64,000 nucleotides of DNA from a virus. Location of the stretch: IMG/VR virus record IMGVR_UViG_3300045988_095676, positions 26,969-90,968 of that record; one strand, 5' to 3'. Under the pieces are notes generated by a model that was given only the letters and a program-made list of their open reading frames with translations, ran no database searches and was not told where the DNA came from. The translations under genes and the position numbers were made by a program. Every line of letters starts with the position of its first letter. The stretch's first letter is position 1. Positions 15,755-24,716 of the stretch are shown in pieces.

Positions 15755-16228
15755 ATGAAAGAAGAAGTAGAACGGATAAAGAAGTTGGTAGGCATAGATC
15801 ATAACAGATGGGAGCAACCTTGTACATGTGATAAATGCAAGAACATGTGTAAGGTTCCTTGTATTGGTACGCCAAAAGACATAGAGGCTATCATAGATGC
15901 CGGATACGCTGACAGGTTAAAAGAAACAATGTGGATGGTAGGGTATCTTGCAGTGAAAGAAAAACCAATAGCGATGATCCAGCCAACAGAGAAAGACGGG
16001 TGGTGCGCATTCCGCCGGCCGGACGGTCTATGCGAGCTGCATGACCGTGGACTAAAGCCGACTGAAGGAGTTCTGGCTTCTTGTAAGGTGGTTAAAGAAG
16101 ACAATGTCCCAACATATGAAACGTCTGTACTTAGAGCAGTAGCTCATGAGTGGGTTAAGGTAGAGAACTTCGCAACTATAATGAGGGTCGTTTTTAAATT
16201 TTTGCATGAAAATGAACGTAGAAAATAA
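15755..16228 (+). CDS. Cys-rich metal-binding protein (YkgJ/CxxCxxCC-like)
   Basis: CTCDKCKNMCKVPC plus DGWCAF...DGLCELH resemble the zinc/iron-chelating UPF0153 pattern. Confidence 0.45.
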   Translation: MKEEVERIKKLVGIDHNRWEQPCTCDKCKNMCKVPCIGTPKDIEAIIDAGYADRLKETMWMVGYLAVKEKPIAMIQPTEKDGWCAFRRPDGLCELHDRGLKPTEGVLASCKVVKEDNVPTYETSVLRAVAHEWVKVENFATIMRVVFKFLHENERRK

Positions 16229-16616
16229 ATTAGATAAAGTGGTTAATATCCTAAAAGAAAAAGGATTTGTAGTATATAGAAAGGGCGGGAAGGAGCCAGG
16301 TGTGTTTTACGCTAAAGAAGGTGACAGCCGGATAGGATTCGTTTATCCCAACAACGGATATATATATGATAGAATAAAAATGTGGTCTTTTTCAAGGATA
16401 TATAAACCACATAAGAAAACCGGGTCTTCGTGTTTAATGAGCGTCAGCGACGAATTTACGATAGAGAATGCGATTAAGAACATAGAGGATAGACTGTGGG
16501 TGAATTATATAAAAGATGGTAACAGAAAACGACCAGAAGAATATAAAAATATAAGAGAATTTGTTGGTAGCTTCACTAAATTCTACAGCTCTGTAGAATT
16601 AGTTGAGGTTAAGTAG
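16206..16616 (+). CDS. hypothetical protein
   Basis: ORF track. Confidence 0.6.
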   Translation: MKMNVENKLDKVVNILKEKGFVVYRKGGKEPGVFYAKEGDSRIGFVYPNNGYIYDRIKMWSFSRIYKPHKKTGSSCLMSVSDEFTIENAIKNIEDRLWVNYIKDGNRKRPEEYKNIREFVGSFTKFYSSVELVEVK

Positions 16617-16637
16617 TTTTCCATGTAAGTTAGTTAC

Positions 16638-16672
16638 CGGCACTGGTCTGCGAAGATAGGCGCCGTTTTTTT
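16638..16672 (+). terminator. conserved-loop hairpin F with T7 run (terminator)
   Basis: Stem cggc(a)c / g(c)gccg. The 14-nt loop ggtctgcgaagata shares TCTGCGAAGAT with hairpin B. Followed by TTTTTTT. Confidence 0.6.
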
Positions 16673-16693
16673 ATTCAAGGAAGGAGGACAAAG

Positions 16694-16945
16694 ATGGGAA
16701 AAAGAGACAAGGAGATACCTTATGAGGTAGTCATACAGGAAAGAAAAAGAGTGGATTTATATGGTAACGTAGTGTATTATATCTATTGGTTTGATAAATA
16801 TGGGTACAATATCACAAACGAATGGAAATTCTGGAGCAAGGGTCCGAAAAAGAAATACGATAGAGTTAATCGTTATCTAACGGATAGTTGGCTGAAGGAA
16901 TACTGTGGGAATAACAATTTAAAGATAAGGAGAATAAAGGAATGA
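16694..16945 (+). CDS. hypothetical protein
   Basis: ORF track. Confidence 0.6.
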   Translation: MGKRDKEIPYEVVIQERKRVDLYGNVVYYIYWFDKYGYNITNEWKFWSKGPKKKYDRVNRYLTDSWLKEYCGNNNLKIRRIKE

Positions 16946-17032
16946 AGCCGGGAAAGTATGTTATGGTAACAAACGAGTGCGGTGCTTTGGATATTATAAA
17001 AGAAAAATTTGACAATATAAATATAGTGGAAT

Positions 17033-17394
17033 ATGGATCTGAATGAATTGTACAAAGAAATAGAAAAAGCAGAGATTGATCTGAATGCAAAAAGATTAAA
17101 GTACATCAAAGAGGCATTAGTGGAGAATGGTGGAAGTATAAAGCTAAAATTTAAAAAATGGGGAGAAGATAATAATGCGTTTGACTTTGATGATCAGTTT
17201 CCGGTGATAATAGAAATTGCTGGGATTCCTATGTTTTTAACGGAGGTGTATGTCAAAAAAAAACGATTTTCGTATGGTTCTGCTGGACTATGATGATATG
17301 ACTTTAGGTGATTTTGATAATACAGGGGAAAATGAACAGGTTGCTTATTTTATTAACTATTGCTTAAATCAAGACAAAGATGGGAAAGAGTAGA
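17033..17394 (+). CDS. hypothetical acidic protein interrupted at an A9 run
   Basis: ORF 17033..17293 passes through A9 (17255-17263). With A8 the reading continues ...VKKNDFRMVLLDYDDMTLGDFDNTGENEQVAYFINYCLNQDKDGKE to the TAG at 17392-94. Confidence 0.4.
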
Positions 17395-17568
17395 AAAGAT
17401 TATGAGAAGTTTCTTAACTCCATATCTCCAGATAGAGACGATGAGGCATGGATCATTGGAGGAAAGAACAGGTATTGCGGTAGAGAGAATTATGGTACTA
17501 TGATCAAAAGGTATGATCCTATTGGTTTTAACGTAGGATACAGGGAGTGGGCAGAGCAGCCAGGGTAA
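17380..17568 (+). CDS. hypothetical protein
   Basis: ORF track. Confidence 0.5.
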   Translation: MGKSRKDYEKFLNSISPDRDDEAWIIGGKNRYCGRENYGTMIKRYDPIGFNVGYREWAEQPG

Positions 17569-17813
17569 GGAGGCGCCCGTCCTGCCATGAGGCCAGCCTG
17601 GCTGTTCGTGGCCAGGGCCATACATTAATCAGATAGTGAACGGCGAAAACAATACATAAAATGGGAAACGAATTAAAACTTAACAGCGCAGAAGAAGCAG
17701 AAGTAATTTTAAGAAATGGTGGCTGATTATAAAGGTCGCATATATGAATATTACGAGTTCAAGAGAGAGGTCATTGATAAGATAAGATAATTATATACCT
17801 AAAATAATAGTTT

Positions 17814-18128
17814 ATGACATTCAAAGAATTTATGAAAGAAGTGGGCTATAACCTACTGACTACCTTTTGGGAAGATTTTAGTATAGCCGACAAGTATGGT
17901 ATAGTAGGTGTCAAAGATACCTACAGACGTGCGTTCAATGAATGGAAAGACGATTATAAGTTCTTCACGGAATTAACGCTCGTATTGAATCATAAAATCT
18001 GGCAGCATTATGAAAGCAATCGTGAACTGGCTGCATTGTATGACCGGTTGTGGCGAGAAGCTGACGAGTATGCCATGAGCAACTTTAAGGGAGAAGAACT
18101 TGATTATTATTACAGAATAACCGATTAG
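17814..18128 (+). CDS. hypothetical protein
   Basis: ORF track. Confidence 0.65.
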   Translation: MTFKEFMKEVGYNLLTTFWEDFSIADKYGIVGVKDTYRRAFNEWKDDYKFFTELTLVLNHKIWQHYESNRELAALYDRLWREADEYAMSNFKGEELDYYYRITD

Positions 18129-18130
18129 CT

Positions 18131-18307
18131 ATGTTATACCCGTTTTCATTGACGCTTGACTTATATATACAAGCCGAATCGTTTGAAGAAGCCAAGAAAT
18201 TAGCAGAAGCATACGTACAAGATGCTTCGTTAGATACAACTGACTATCCGGAAATAGTACAGGATGTGTTGGAAGTGGCAGAGTATGGAATAATTGATGT
18301 AGAATAA
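18131..18307 (+). CDS. acidic hypothetical protein (58 aa)
   Basis: Hand-translated ATG..TAA ORF MLYPFSLTLDLYIQAESFEEAKK..., below the ORF-track cutoff. Confidence 0.45.
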   Translation: MLYPFSLTLDLYIQAESFEEAKKLAEAYVQDASLDTTDYPEIVQDVLEVAEYGIIDVE

Positions 18308-18319
18308 TAAATTAATATT

Positions 18320-18595
18320 ATGACAGCAGCAGAAAAATTGCGTATGGAAATAGCGCAAGAAGCACCATTTAGTAAGGACGAATTTATTAGTAAAATCTCT
18401 CGTCTAATTAAGGCGTATGGATATGCAAGTTTTATTTGCGACAAGCATATTCGAGAAACCGATGTATCGCCTAACGGTAACACGATTCGTATGGTACATG
18501 AACAGATAGCAATTGATTTTGCTCGTTATGAGGGTTTCTTAGTATCATACAAACATAACAGTTATGGTGTTAGATATATAGTATTCACTCTTTGA
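18320..18595 (+). CDS. hypothetical protein
   Basis: ORF track. Confidence 0.6.
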   Translation: MTAAEKLRMEIAQEAPFSKDEFISKISRLIKAYGYASFICDKHIRETDVSPNGNTIRMVHEQIAIDFARYEGFLVSYKHNSYGVRYIVFTL

Positions 18596-18781
18596 CATAC
18601 TCCCATAGCTAAAGCAAACGGGATTAAAAGAATGTAGCAGGGAAGAGGCATTTGACATCATTCAAGGGTGGGCTAAAGAGTTTGCAGAGGAATATGGGAA
18701 TTGTGATTTTGATGGATCATACTATGATGAAATAGATGCATTTATCGAAGAAAAATTAAGAACTATTTAAAATATAAAGAC

Positions 18782-19591
18782 ATGGAAGACGATCTTATTA
18801 CAACAAAAGAAGTAGGCGATTATCGCATTAAAGTGTATTATTGCCGTGATTCAGAATGTCCTATAACTAATTGGGGTTTGTTTGGGTCATTCTTTTTTGA
18901 ATACTCAGATACACATCGATTACATGATGAATGCAATTGGAAAACTTTCTTCTACGATAACAAGCATGATCTTAGAGATGTTATTGATGCTATTGTAATG
19001 AAGCATATAGAACAGAAAGACATTGTAAAATATTTAAAGAAAGGGGAAGCGAATGGGATCTCATTCACATACAACAGAGGTGGCAATGTATGGGAGTTGA
19101 AACATAAGACAAGTCTATATATAGGTCAAGAGTTTTCACCAGGTGATTTGAAGGACTTTGATTGCAGAGGAGAATTAATAGAGGATCTGGATGATGAAGA
19201 CCTGTTAGATATCATATCCAAATATGGAAAAGATGTGGTAGCTATAGAGTGGTCGACAAGGGGTTATAATCAAGGTGATTATATAAAAGGGATAGCATAC
19301 GTTACAAAAGAAAAATATGATAATGAAGTCTGCAACAAAGAAGGAGACTGGAAAGAAGATTGTGCCAAAATTATAGATAATGAAGTAAAGTCCATAGGTA
19401 TGTGGATGTGGGGAGATGTAAAAGGGTACGTTCTTGAAAAGAAGGTAGCATTTACCAAGAAATACAAAGACGAATCAAGAGAGGATGAAGATTGCGAAGA
19501 ATGGGAAGAGGTTGATTCTTGCTGGGGATGTTACGAGGAGACAGATGAATTGATAAAGGAAGTCATGATAGAGAATGGCTTAGAAGAATAG
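18782..19591 (+). CDS. acidic hypothetical protein
   Basis: ORF track. Confidence 0.7.
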   Translation: MEDDLITTKEVGDYRIKVYYCRDSECPITNWGLFGSFFFEYSDTHRLHDECNWKTFFYDNKHDLRDVIDAIVMKHIEQKDIVKYLKKGEANGISFTYNRGGNVWELKHKTSLYIGQEFSPGDLKDFDCRGELIEDLDDEDLLDIISKYGKDVVAIEWSTRGYNQGDYIKGIAYVTKEKYDNEVCNKEGDWKEDCAKIIDNEVKSIGMWMWGDVKGYVLEKKVAFTKKYKDESREDEDCEEWEEVDSCWGCYEETDELIKEVMIENGLEE

Positions 19592-19735
19592 GTTGTAATG
19601 GCTGATAGTGACGGACGCCGCAGGAGACAGGTGGGTAAAGCGCGAAGAGTTCCGGTTCAGAGGAGACGCGGCCTGCTCTGCGTGGCGTAATGCTACAGTA
19701 GATGAAATTGTTGAACATTTTAAAAACAGATAATT

Positions 19736-20149
19736 ATGGGATATATATGTACAAGATGTGGTGGAACAAATGTTGCCTGTGAAGCCATAGTAAATCCGAA
19801 TACCGGAAAAATAATAGATTATTTTGATGGATCTTTCATGCATGCTATTTGCTCGAATTGTGAAAACGAGGTGATAATATCCAACATTGAAGAAGTCAAA
19901 CATGAAATTGATTTAAGATTTCATGAATTTGTAGAAAGAACAGGGAAGGAGCCTGAATACGTAGAATGTCAGATTGTACGGAAAGAGACAGGAGATGAAC
20001 AAAGAAAGACAATAAAACTATCATTGAGCATCAACGATGATGACAATGATGATGTTTTTTGTGATTGCAATGGGATAGAATCGTTTAAGCAACTTGCTGA
20101 ATACGGAGTGGGAGGATTTATCGTAACATTTTGTTGGAGTTTCTTTTAA
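19736..20149 (+). CDS. zinc-ribbon hypothetical protein
   Basis: ORF track, CTRCG...CSNC pairs. Confidence 0.65.
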   Translation: MGYICTRCGGTNVACEAIVNPNTGKIIDYFDGSFMHAICSNCENEVIISNIEEVKHEIDLRFHEFVERTGKEPEYVECQIVRKETGDEQRKTIKLSLSINDDDNDDVFCDCNGIESFKQLAEYGVGGFIVTFCWSFF

Positions 20150-20162
20150 AACCTATACAGAT

Positions 20163-20528
20163 ATGAAAATAATAAAAATTCCTATTACAGAGCAAAACAG
20201 AGAAGTCTATTGGTCTAGAAACAAAGATAAGAAGGCTTGGGAGAAGTTAATGAGTGAGTGCCCATCCATGACATCAAAAGAGTTTTGGAATAATGAATGG
20301 GAAGAATTTGATAAAGAAGAGATTTCGACGCATTGGTATTTCATTGTTGGCAAACCGGAATCGATAATAGATGAGTTGATTAATTTGGAGATAGGGGACA
20401 CAAACGTATTCTATCCACATATAAAGGAGAATAGACCTTGGGATATTGAAGAAATGGACTGGTATGATCTTAGAGAACATGCCAATACCATGAGTGATTT
20501 TATTCAGAAGTTATATAACTACATTTAA
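20163..20528 (+). CDS. hypothetical protein
   Basis: ORF track. Confidence 0.65.
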   Translation: MKIIKIPITEQNREVYWSRNKDKKAWEKLMSECPSMTSKEFWNNEWEEFDKEEISTHWYFIVGKPESIIDELINLEIGDTNVFYPHIKENRPWDIEEMDWYDLREHANTMSDFIQKLYNYI

Positions 20529-20538
20529 AAAATGCTTT

Positions 20539-21012
20539 ATGAATGGAATAATATTTGAATTAGAAGAAAAGTCGAAATATACAGGGAGATACATGGATGG
20601 GGAAATCTCCTATAATAACACATCTATAGATTACACGAAAGAAATACGAGAATGTGACAGAAAGAGTGAGATCAAGGATTTATTAAATGACCCTTGTCTT
20701 GGTAAAATATTTGAAAAGGGGGAAGTTGATGATGAAATTATATATAATGGTAATATAGAAGATGTAAAAGAGGAATGGATGCGTGCTATACAAAATGGGG
20801 TAGATAAAATGAATGTTAACAAAGATATGAATGGGCATAATCTTATTTATGTAATAAAATATGGGATTTGCAGATACGCGTATCGTATTTGCATTGATTC
20901 ATATCCGGGATATGTTGTAAAAGATCCAATAACACTAATAGAATGGGTTCAAGGTTTAAAGCCTGGAACCGTCATTAAAATAAGAGGAATATTCATTTAT
21001 CATTTTTTATAA
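20539..21012 (+). CDS. hypothetical protein
   Basis: ATG 20539 inside ORF 20494..21012, after the upstream stop. Confidence 0.6.
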   Translation: MNGIIFELEEKSKYTGRYMDGEISYNNTSIDYTKEIRECDRKSEIKDLLNDPCLGKIFEKGEVDDEIIYNGNIEDVKEEWMRAIQNGVDKMNVNKDMNGHNLIYVIKYGICRYAYRICIDSYPGYVVKDPITLIEWVQGLKPGTVIKIRGIFIYHFL

Positions 21013-21020
21013 CATATTTT

Positions 21021-21413
21021 ATGAAAACACAAGAAGAATACGCACTTGAAATTGACGAAATTGTTCGCCGGGATGTGGAGAGTTGCCAGAATGACTGGTT
21101 TAGGATTGACAGGGAGATATTTATGCAACCGGAAAACAGGAATAAGATATTTATTCTTGGAACCCGGAAGACCGGATGTGATTTAATAATACTGGGTGGC
21201 ACTAATTGTAATGAAGGCAGTATGGATTGGCTTTTTGGGAGTCTTGGCAATGAAAATTTCTATGTATGTCAGCCGTTATCTTTCCAAAAATCATCGCAGG
21301 AAATCGAGAAAGTGAATCCCTTGTACGCTTTTAAGTTAGCTACTGCTTATTTCAGGGGACAGGGTATGGTTCCGGTATTTGAAGATTGTCATTGCAGACT
21401 GGTGAAACTATGA
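21021..21413 (+). CDS. hypothetical protein
   Basis: ORF track. Confidence 0.65.
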   Translation: MKTQEEYALEIDEIVRRDVESCQNDWFRIDREIFMQPENRNKIFILGTRKTGCDLIILGGTNCNEGSMDWLFGSLGNENFYVCQPLSFQKSSQEIEKVNPLYAFKLATAYFRGQGMVPVFEDCHCRLVKL

Positions 21414-21646
21414 GTGTAGAAGTGATAAGATATAGGCTTCCGGTTTATTGGGCTTGCGCTCTGATAAATGATGATTATACCGGACTGGAAGATAAAGAAT
21501 GCGAGAAAATAAAACGCTTCTTAGAAATAGCAGAAGGTTATCCGGTAGATGTAGATTGGGAAACACAAGGGTTTTACCATTGTAATGACGCAGGAACACT
21601 TCCCGGAGAGTGTGCAGATTTTATTTTTCATAAGTGTAATGATTAA
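21410..21646 (+). CDS. hypothetical protein
   Basis: ATGA overlap at 21410 inside ORF 21386..21646. Confidence 0.6.
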   Translation: MSVEVIRYRLPVYWACALINDDYTGLEDKECEKIKRFLEIAEGYPVDVDWETQGFYHCNDAGTLPGECADFIFHKCND

Positions 21647-21657
21647 ACTAAAATAAT

Positions 21658-22554
21658 ATGGAAACTACAAACAAACTGTTTTATTCAGGTACAAAATTCT
21701 TTACAGAAAATGAAGAAGATTATAGAATAACAGTTAGAATCTCTTTGGATGATGACTGCAAAAATAACATATGCGACTGGAGCATAACAGCCGACGTTGA
21801 CTGGAAAAACAAGCATGGAAAATATGAGGATTACTTAGGAGGCTGCTGCCATGATGAAGTTGCAAAACATTTTCCGGAATTGGCAAAATTCATATCGTTG
21901 CATCTTTGTAACCATTATGGTGCTCCTATGTATCCGGTGGAAAATGGCATATATCACGTTAGAAGAAGCGGTATGTCTGTGGCAATGGAGTATTTGCGTA
22001 TATCAGAACAAGAATGCGTAGAATTATATAAAGCCTCTGAGGATAAGTTGTATTTCAGGTATATGCTTTTCAATCTGGGGATCGTGGATAGATGGAAAAG
22101 AGAATCAGAAGAACTTATTGCGGAACTTGAAAAATTGTGTGGAAAGAAGTGGGTTAATCCATATAAGCCGGAAGAAGAAAGATTTGTTTTAACACTAACG
22201 GACGAGGAACGATCTCTTATTGAAGAGCGTATTAAAGCCGGGCATTATTCCTCAGAAAATATAGAGAAACGCAGAGTGGAAGCCCATAAAGCAAAGATGG
22301 CGGCAAAACGTGCTGAAATTTGTGAGCGATACGATAAAAAAATCAGACAAGCAGAAGCAGAAAAGAAGATAATACTCTGTGTGTTTGATTATGGATTGCC
22401 AATTAATAATGTTATATATTATCCTCACACGAACACTTTATCTTTCAACTGGAACGATTATGGAGGAAAAATCACACAGGAAGAGTTTGATGATTTTGTG
22501 AATAACGTAGACCGCTCTCAGTTGCCGGAAGGCATCAAGTTTGAACTTAAATAA
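21658..22554 (+). CDS. hypothetical protein
   Basis: ORF track. Confidence 0.7.
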   Translation: METTNKLFYSGTKFFTENEEDYRITVRISLDDDCKNNICDWSITADVDWKNKHGKYEDYLGGCCHDEVAKHFPELAKFISLHLCNHYGAPMYPVENGIYHVRRSGMSVAMEYLRISEQECVELYKASEDKLYFRYMLFNLGIVDRWKRESEELIAELEKLCGKKWVNPYKPEEERFVLTLTDEERSLIEERIKAGHYSSENIEKRRVEAHKAKMAAKRAEICERYDKKIRQAEAEKKIILCVFDYGLPINNVIYYPHTNTLSFNWNDYGGKITQEEFDDFVNNVDRSQLPEGIKFELK

Positions 22555-22562
22555 TACAGGAT

Positions 22563-22853
22563 ATGGAAAGGTTGGATTTTGAAACGTTACTTCGTGTCGT
22601 AATATGGGATTACAACCGTTGTTTTAAAGATGAATCGTTGGACAAGGATTTGTTCATAGAAAAATACGGGAAAGTTATGGGAGAACATTATTACAATAAG
22701 TTTGTCCATGAGTTTAACGGGAATATCCTGAAGATGATCGGTTACTTCAGAGGTTCCGAAAAAGATGGGCAAGTCTTCTGCGATATGATAATCGAACGTA
22801 TTGAAAAATACGAAAAAAGAATGTCATATGATAAAGGTAAGTTAAACAATTAA
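22563..22853 (+). CDS. hypothetical protein
   Basis: ORF track. Confidence 0.65.
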   Translation: MERLDFETLLRVVIWDYNRCFKDESLDKDLFIEKYGKVMGEHYYNKFVHEFNGNILKMIGYFRGSEKDGQVFCDMIIERIEKYEKRMSYDKGKLNN

Positions 22854-22865
22854 AAAGATATTTAT

Positions 22866-23930
22866 ATGAACAATTCAATGGTCGCTCACTTGTGGGCAAA
22901 CGAAAAGCAAGAATCTGCAAATGGTAGTAATTTCTATTTTGAAGGTGAAAGTATTTACTCCTATGGAAGACATTTTGAGGTCGGAAGAATCGTGCGAAAC
23001 AAGCGTGGAGAAAAGGCGTATTTGATTAATGATACATACTATTCTTCTACTACAAGCAAGCATCAATATTATGTTCGTGAAGCAATACCAACTGGCTCAA
23101 AGGTGTTCTATGTTGAATGTAATATATCATATTGTATCGGTAACATGCTCTTTGTTACCAATATGTTGGAATGTATTAAAGATGCTATTGAAAAATACAA
23201 GAAAGCCAGAACCGAATTGTCTTATCGGGATGTTTGGGGGAATTTTAAAAATCTGATGGATTATATTGAGTTCTTCGATATGGGGACTCCCCGGCGTCTT
23301 CTTAAAAAGAGCGCAAACGAATGGCTTGGAACTAACCATGAATTATCATGGAAATCAGATAAGATTAAACGTGAACATGTCCGTGAGTTGAAACGTGTTT
23401 TCCAGATATTATTGAATCATCAAGCACTGGAAGTCCTTGGAACCGTTATTGTGATTGTAGATGAAGTTTGTGGTGAAGGAACTTGGTTGAAATATCGGGA
23501 AAGAGTTGAAAAATATAGAATAAATATAGAAGCAAAACAGGAAAAAAAGCGAAGGGCAAGGGAAGAAGAATTAGACAAATTTCGTAAGGATTTTTATGAA
23601 AAATTAGAAAAATGGAAGTCGGGAGAACTTAATTTCTTGCATTCATATTATTTTATTGATTGTGCTGACGTAAATGCTTGGATGCGCATAAAAGGGGGAA
23701 TTATTGAAACGAGCAAACAAATAAAAATCGGGATAGAAGAAGCCAGAAGGATGTGGCAGATGGTGTCACTGTTGCACCGGGGAGGCCAGTTCCGGCATGG
23801 CCTGGTAGAGGACGTGGGTGGCAATAAGTGGAGCATAAACCGGTATGAAAACGATATACTGACAGCCGGATGTCATCGTATTGCGTATAGTGAGATGGAA
23901 AGTATTGCAAAGCAACTGGGATGGGCGTAA
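22866..23930 (+). CDS. hypothetical protein
   Basis: ORF track (354 aa). Confidence 0.7.
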   Translation: MNNSMVAHLWANEKQESANGSNFYFEGESIYSYGRHFEVGRIVRNKRGEKAYLINDTYYSSTTSKHQYYVREAIPTGSKVFYVECNISYCIGNMLFVTNMLECIKDAIEKYKKARTELSYRDVWGNFKNLMDYIEFFDMGTPRRLLKKSANEWLGTNHELSWKSDKIKREHVRELKRVFQILLNHQALEVLGTVIVIVDEVCGEGTWLKYRERVEKYRINIEAKQEKKRRAREEELDKFRKDFYEKLEKWKSGELNFLHSYYFIDCADVNAWMRIKGGIIETSKQIKIGIEEARRMWQMVSLLHRGGQFRHGLVEDVGGNKWSINRYENDILTAGCHRIAYSEMESIAKQLGWA

Positions 23931-23971
23931 GTAACCCATCTTATTTTATAACAACTAAAAACAAGAAAAAT

Positions 23972-24712
23972 ATGGAAAATGCAATTATTATTCCGTTTGA
24001 TTTAAATACGGCGAGAAAAATTAAAAGCGGAGAAATAGAAGGTTCGGTATTAATTGATAATATTGAAATAGAATTTGTATATGAGTCGAAAGACTGTGCA
24101 GGTCCTTATAATTTGCTTTTTGTAAAAAAAGATGGATATGGGATAAGTGCTATATATGCCAACACGGAAGGTTGTATTATTGGCGGCACCACTCTGGAAT
24201 TGAGGGTAGAGGCTGGAGCGTATTTTAAGAAAGGAGATGTATTAACAAGCACTAAAGGATGTCAATTTATATATGATGGACTTATTACCAAAGGGGTAAT
24301 GGGAAGTATATGTGGAATGGTAACATCTGGAGATATTAAGTTTGATCATAGCGGATTATGGACTGATGTGTATGATGAAGATAAAAAACGGCATGTAAGA
24401 AAGGCTATAGAAGAAGAGAAGAAATTTTTAGCAGAAAAGATTATAAAAGCCGAAGACAGTAGAAAAATAGATATAATAAAACGATATTTAAGTGAATATG
24501 AGTATCTATTAGATGAGATGCCGAAACGTGACTTCAAACCATTTGAACGAGTGCTGGTGAGAAGAACTAACCAAGAGAGGTGGAAATTGCATCTATTTTC
24601 CAGAGAATCAGTAGGAGATAATAAATACGAATGCTTAGGAGGGGTAGGATTTAGTCAGTGTATCCCATACGAAGGGAACGAACATCTTTTAGGAACCAAT
24701 AAAAACAAATAA
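23972..24712 (+). CDS. hypothetical protein, paralog 1 of a tandem pair
   Basis: ATG 23972 inside ORF 23921..24712. Shares IPFDL..A.KI and FKPF..VL...W...KYECL.G...CIP.EGNE.LLGT with the next gene. Confidence 0.7.
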   Translation: MENAIIIPFDLNTARKIKSGEIEGSVLIDNIEIEFVYESKDCAGPYNLLFVKKDGYGISAIYANTEGCIIGGTTLELRVEAGAYFKKGDVLTSTKGCQFIYDGLITKGVMGSICGMVTSGDIKFDHSGLWTDVYDEDKKRHVRKAIEEEKKFLAEKIIKAEDSRKIDIIKRYLSEYEYLLDEMPKRDFKPFERVLVRRTNQERWKLHLFSRESVGDNKYECLGGVGFSQCIPYEGNEHLLGTNKNK

Positions 24713-24716
24713 GATT

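Noticed and set aside
19598-19690. GC-rich 30-codon Arg-rich mini-ORF (MADSDGRRRRQVGKARRVPVQRRRGLLCVA) after the 18782..19591 gene.
   Set aside because: It is short, lacks translation-initiation context, and its composition simply mirrors the GC-rich intergenic island. More likely an RNA/DNA element than a peptide. Noted under the GC-island finding.
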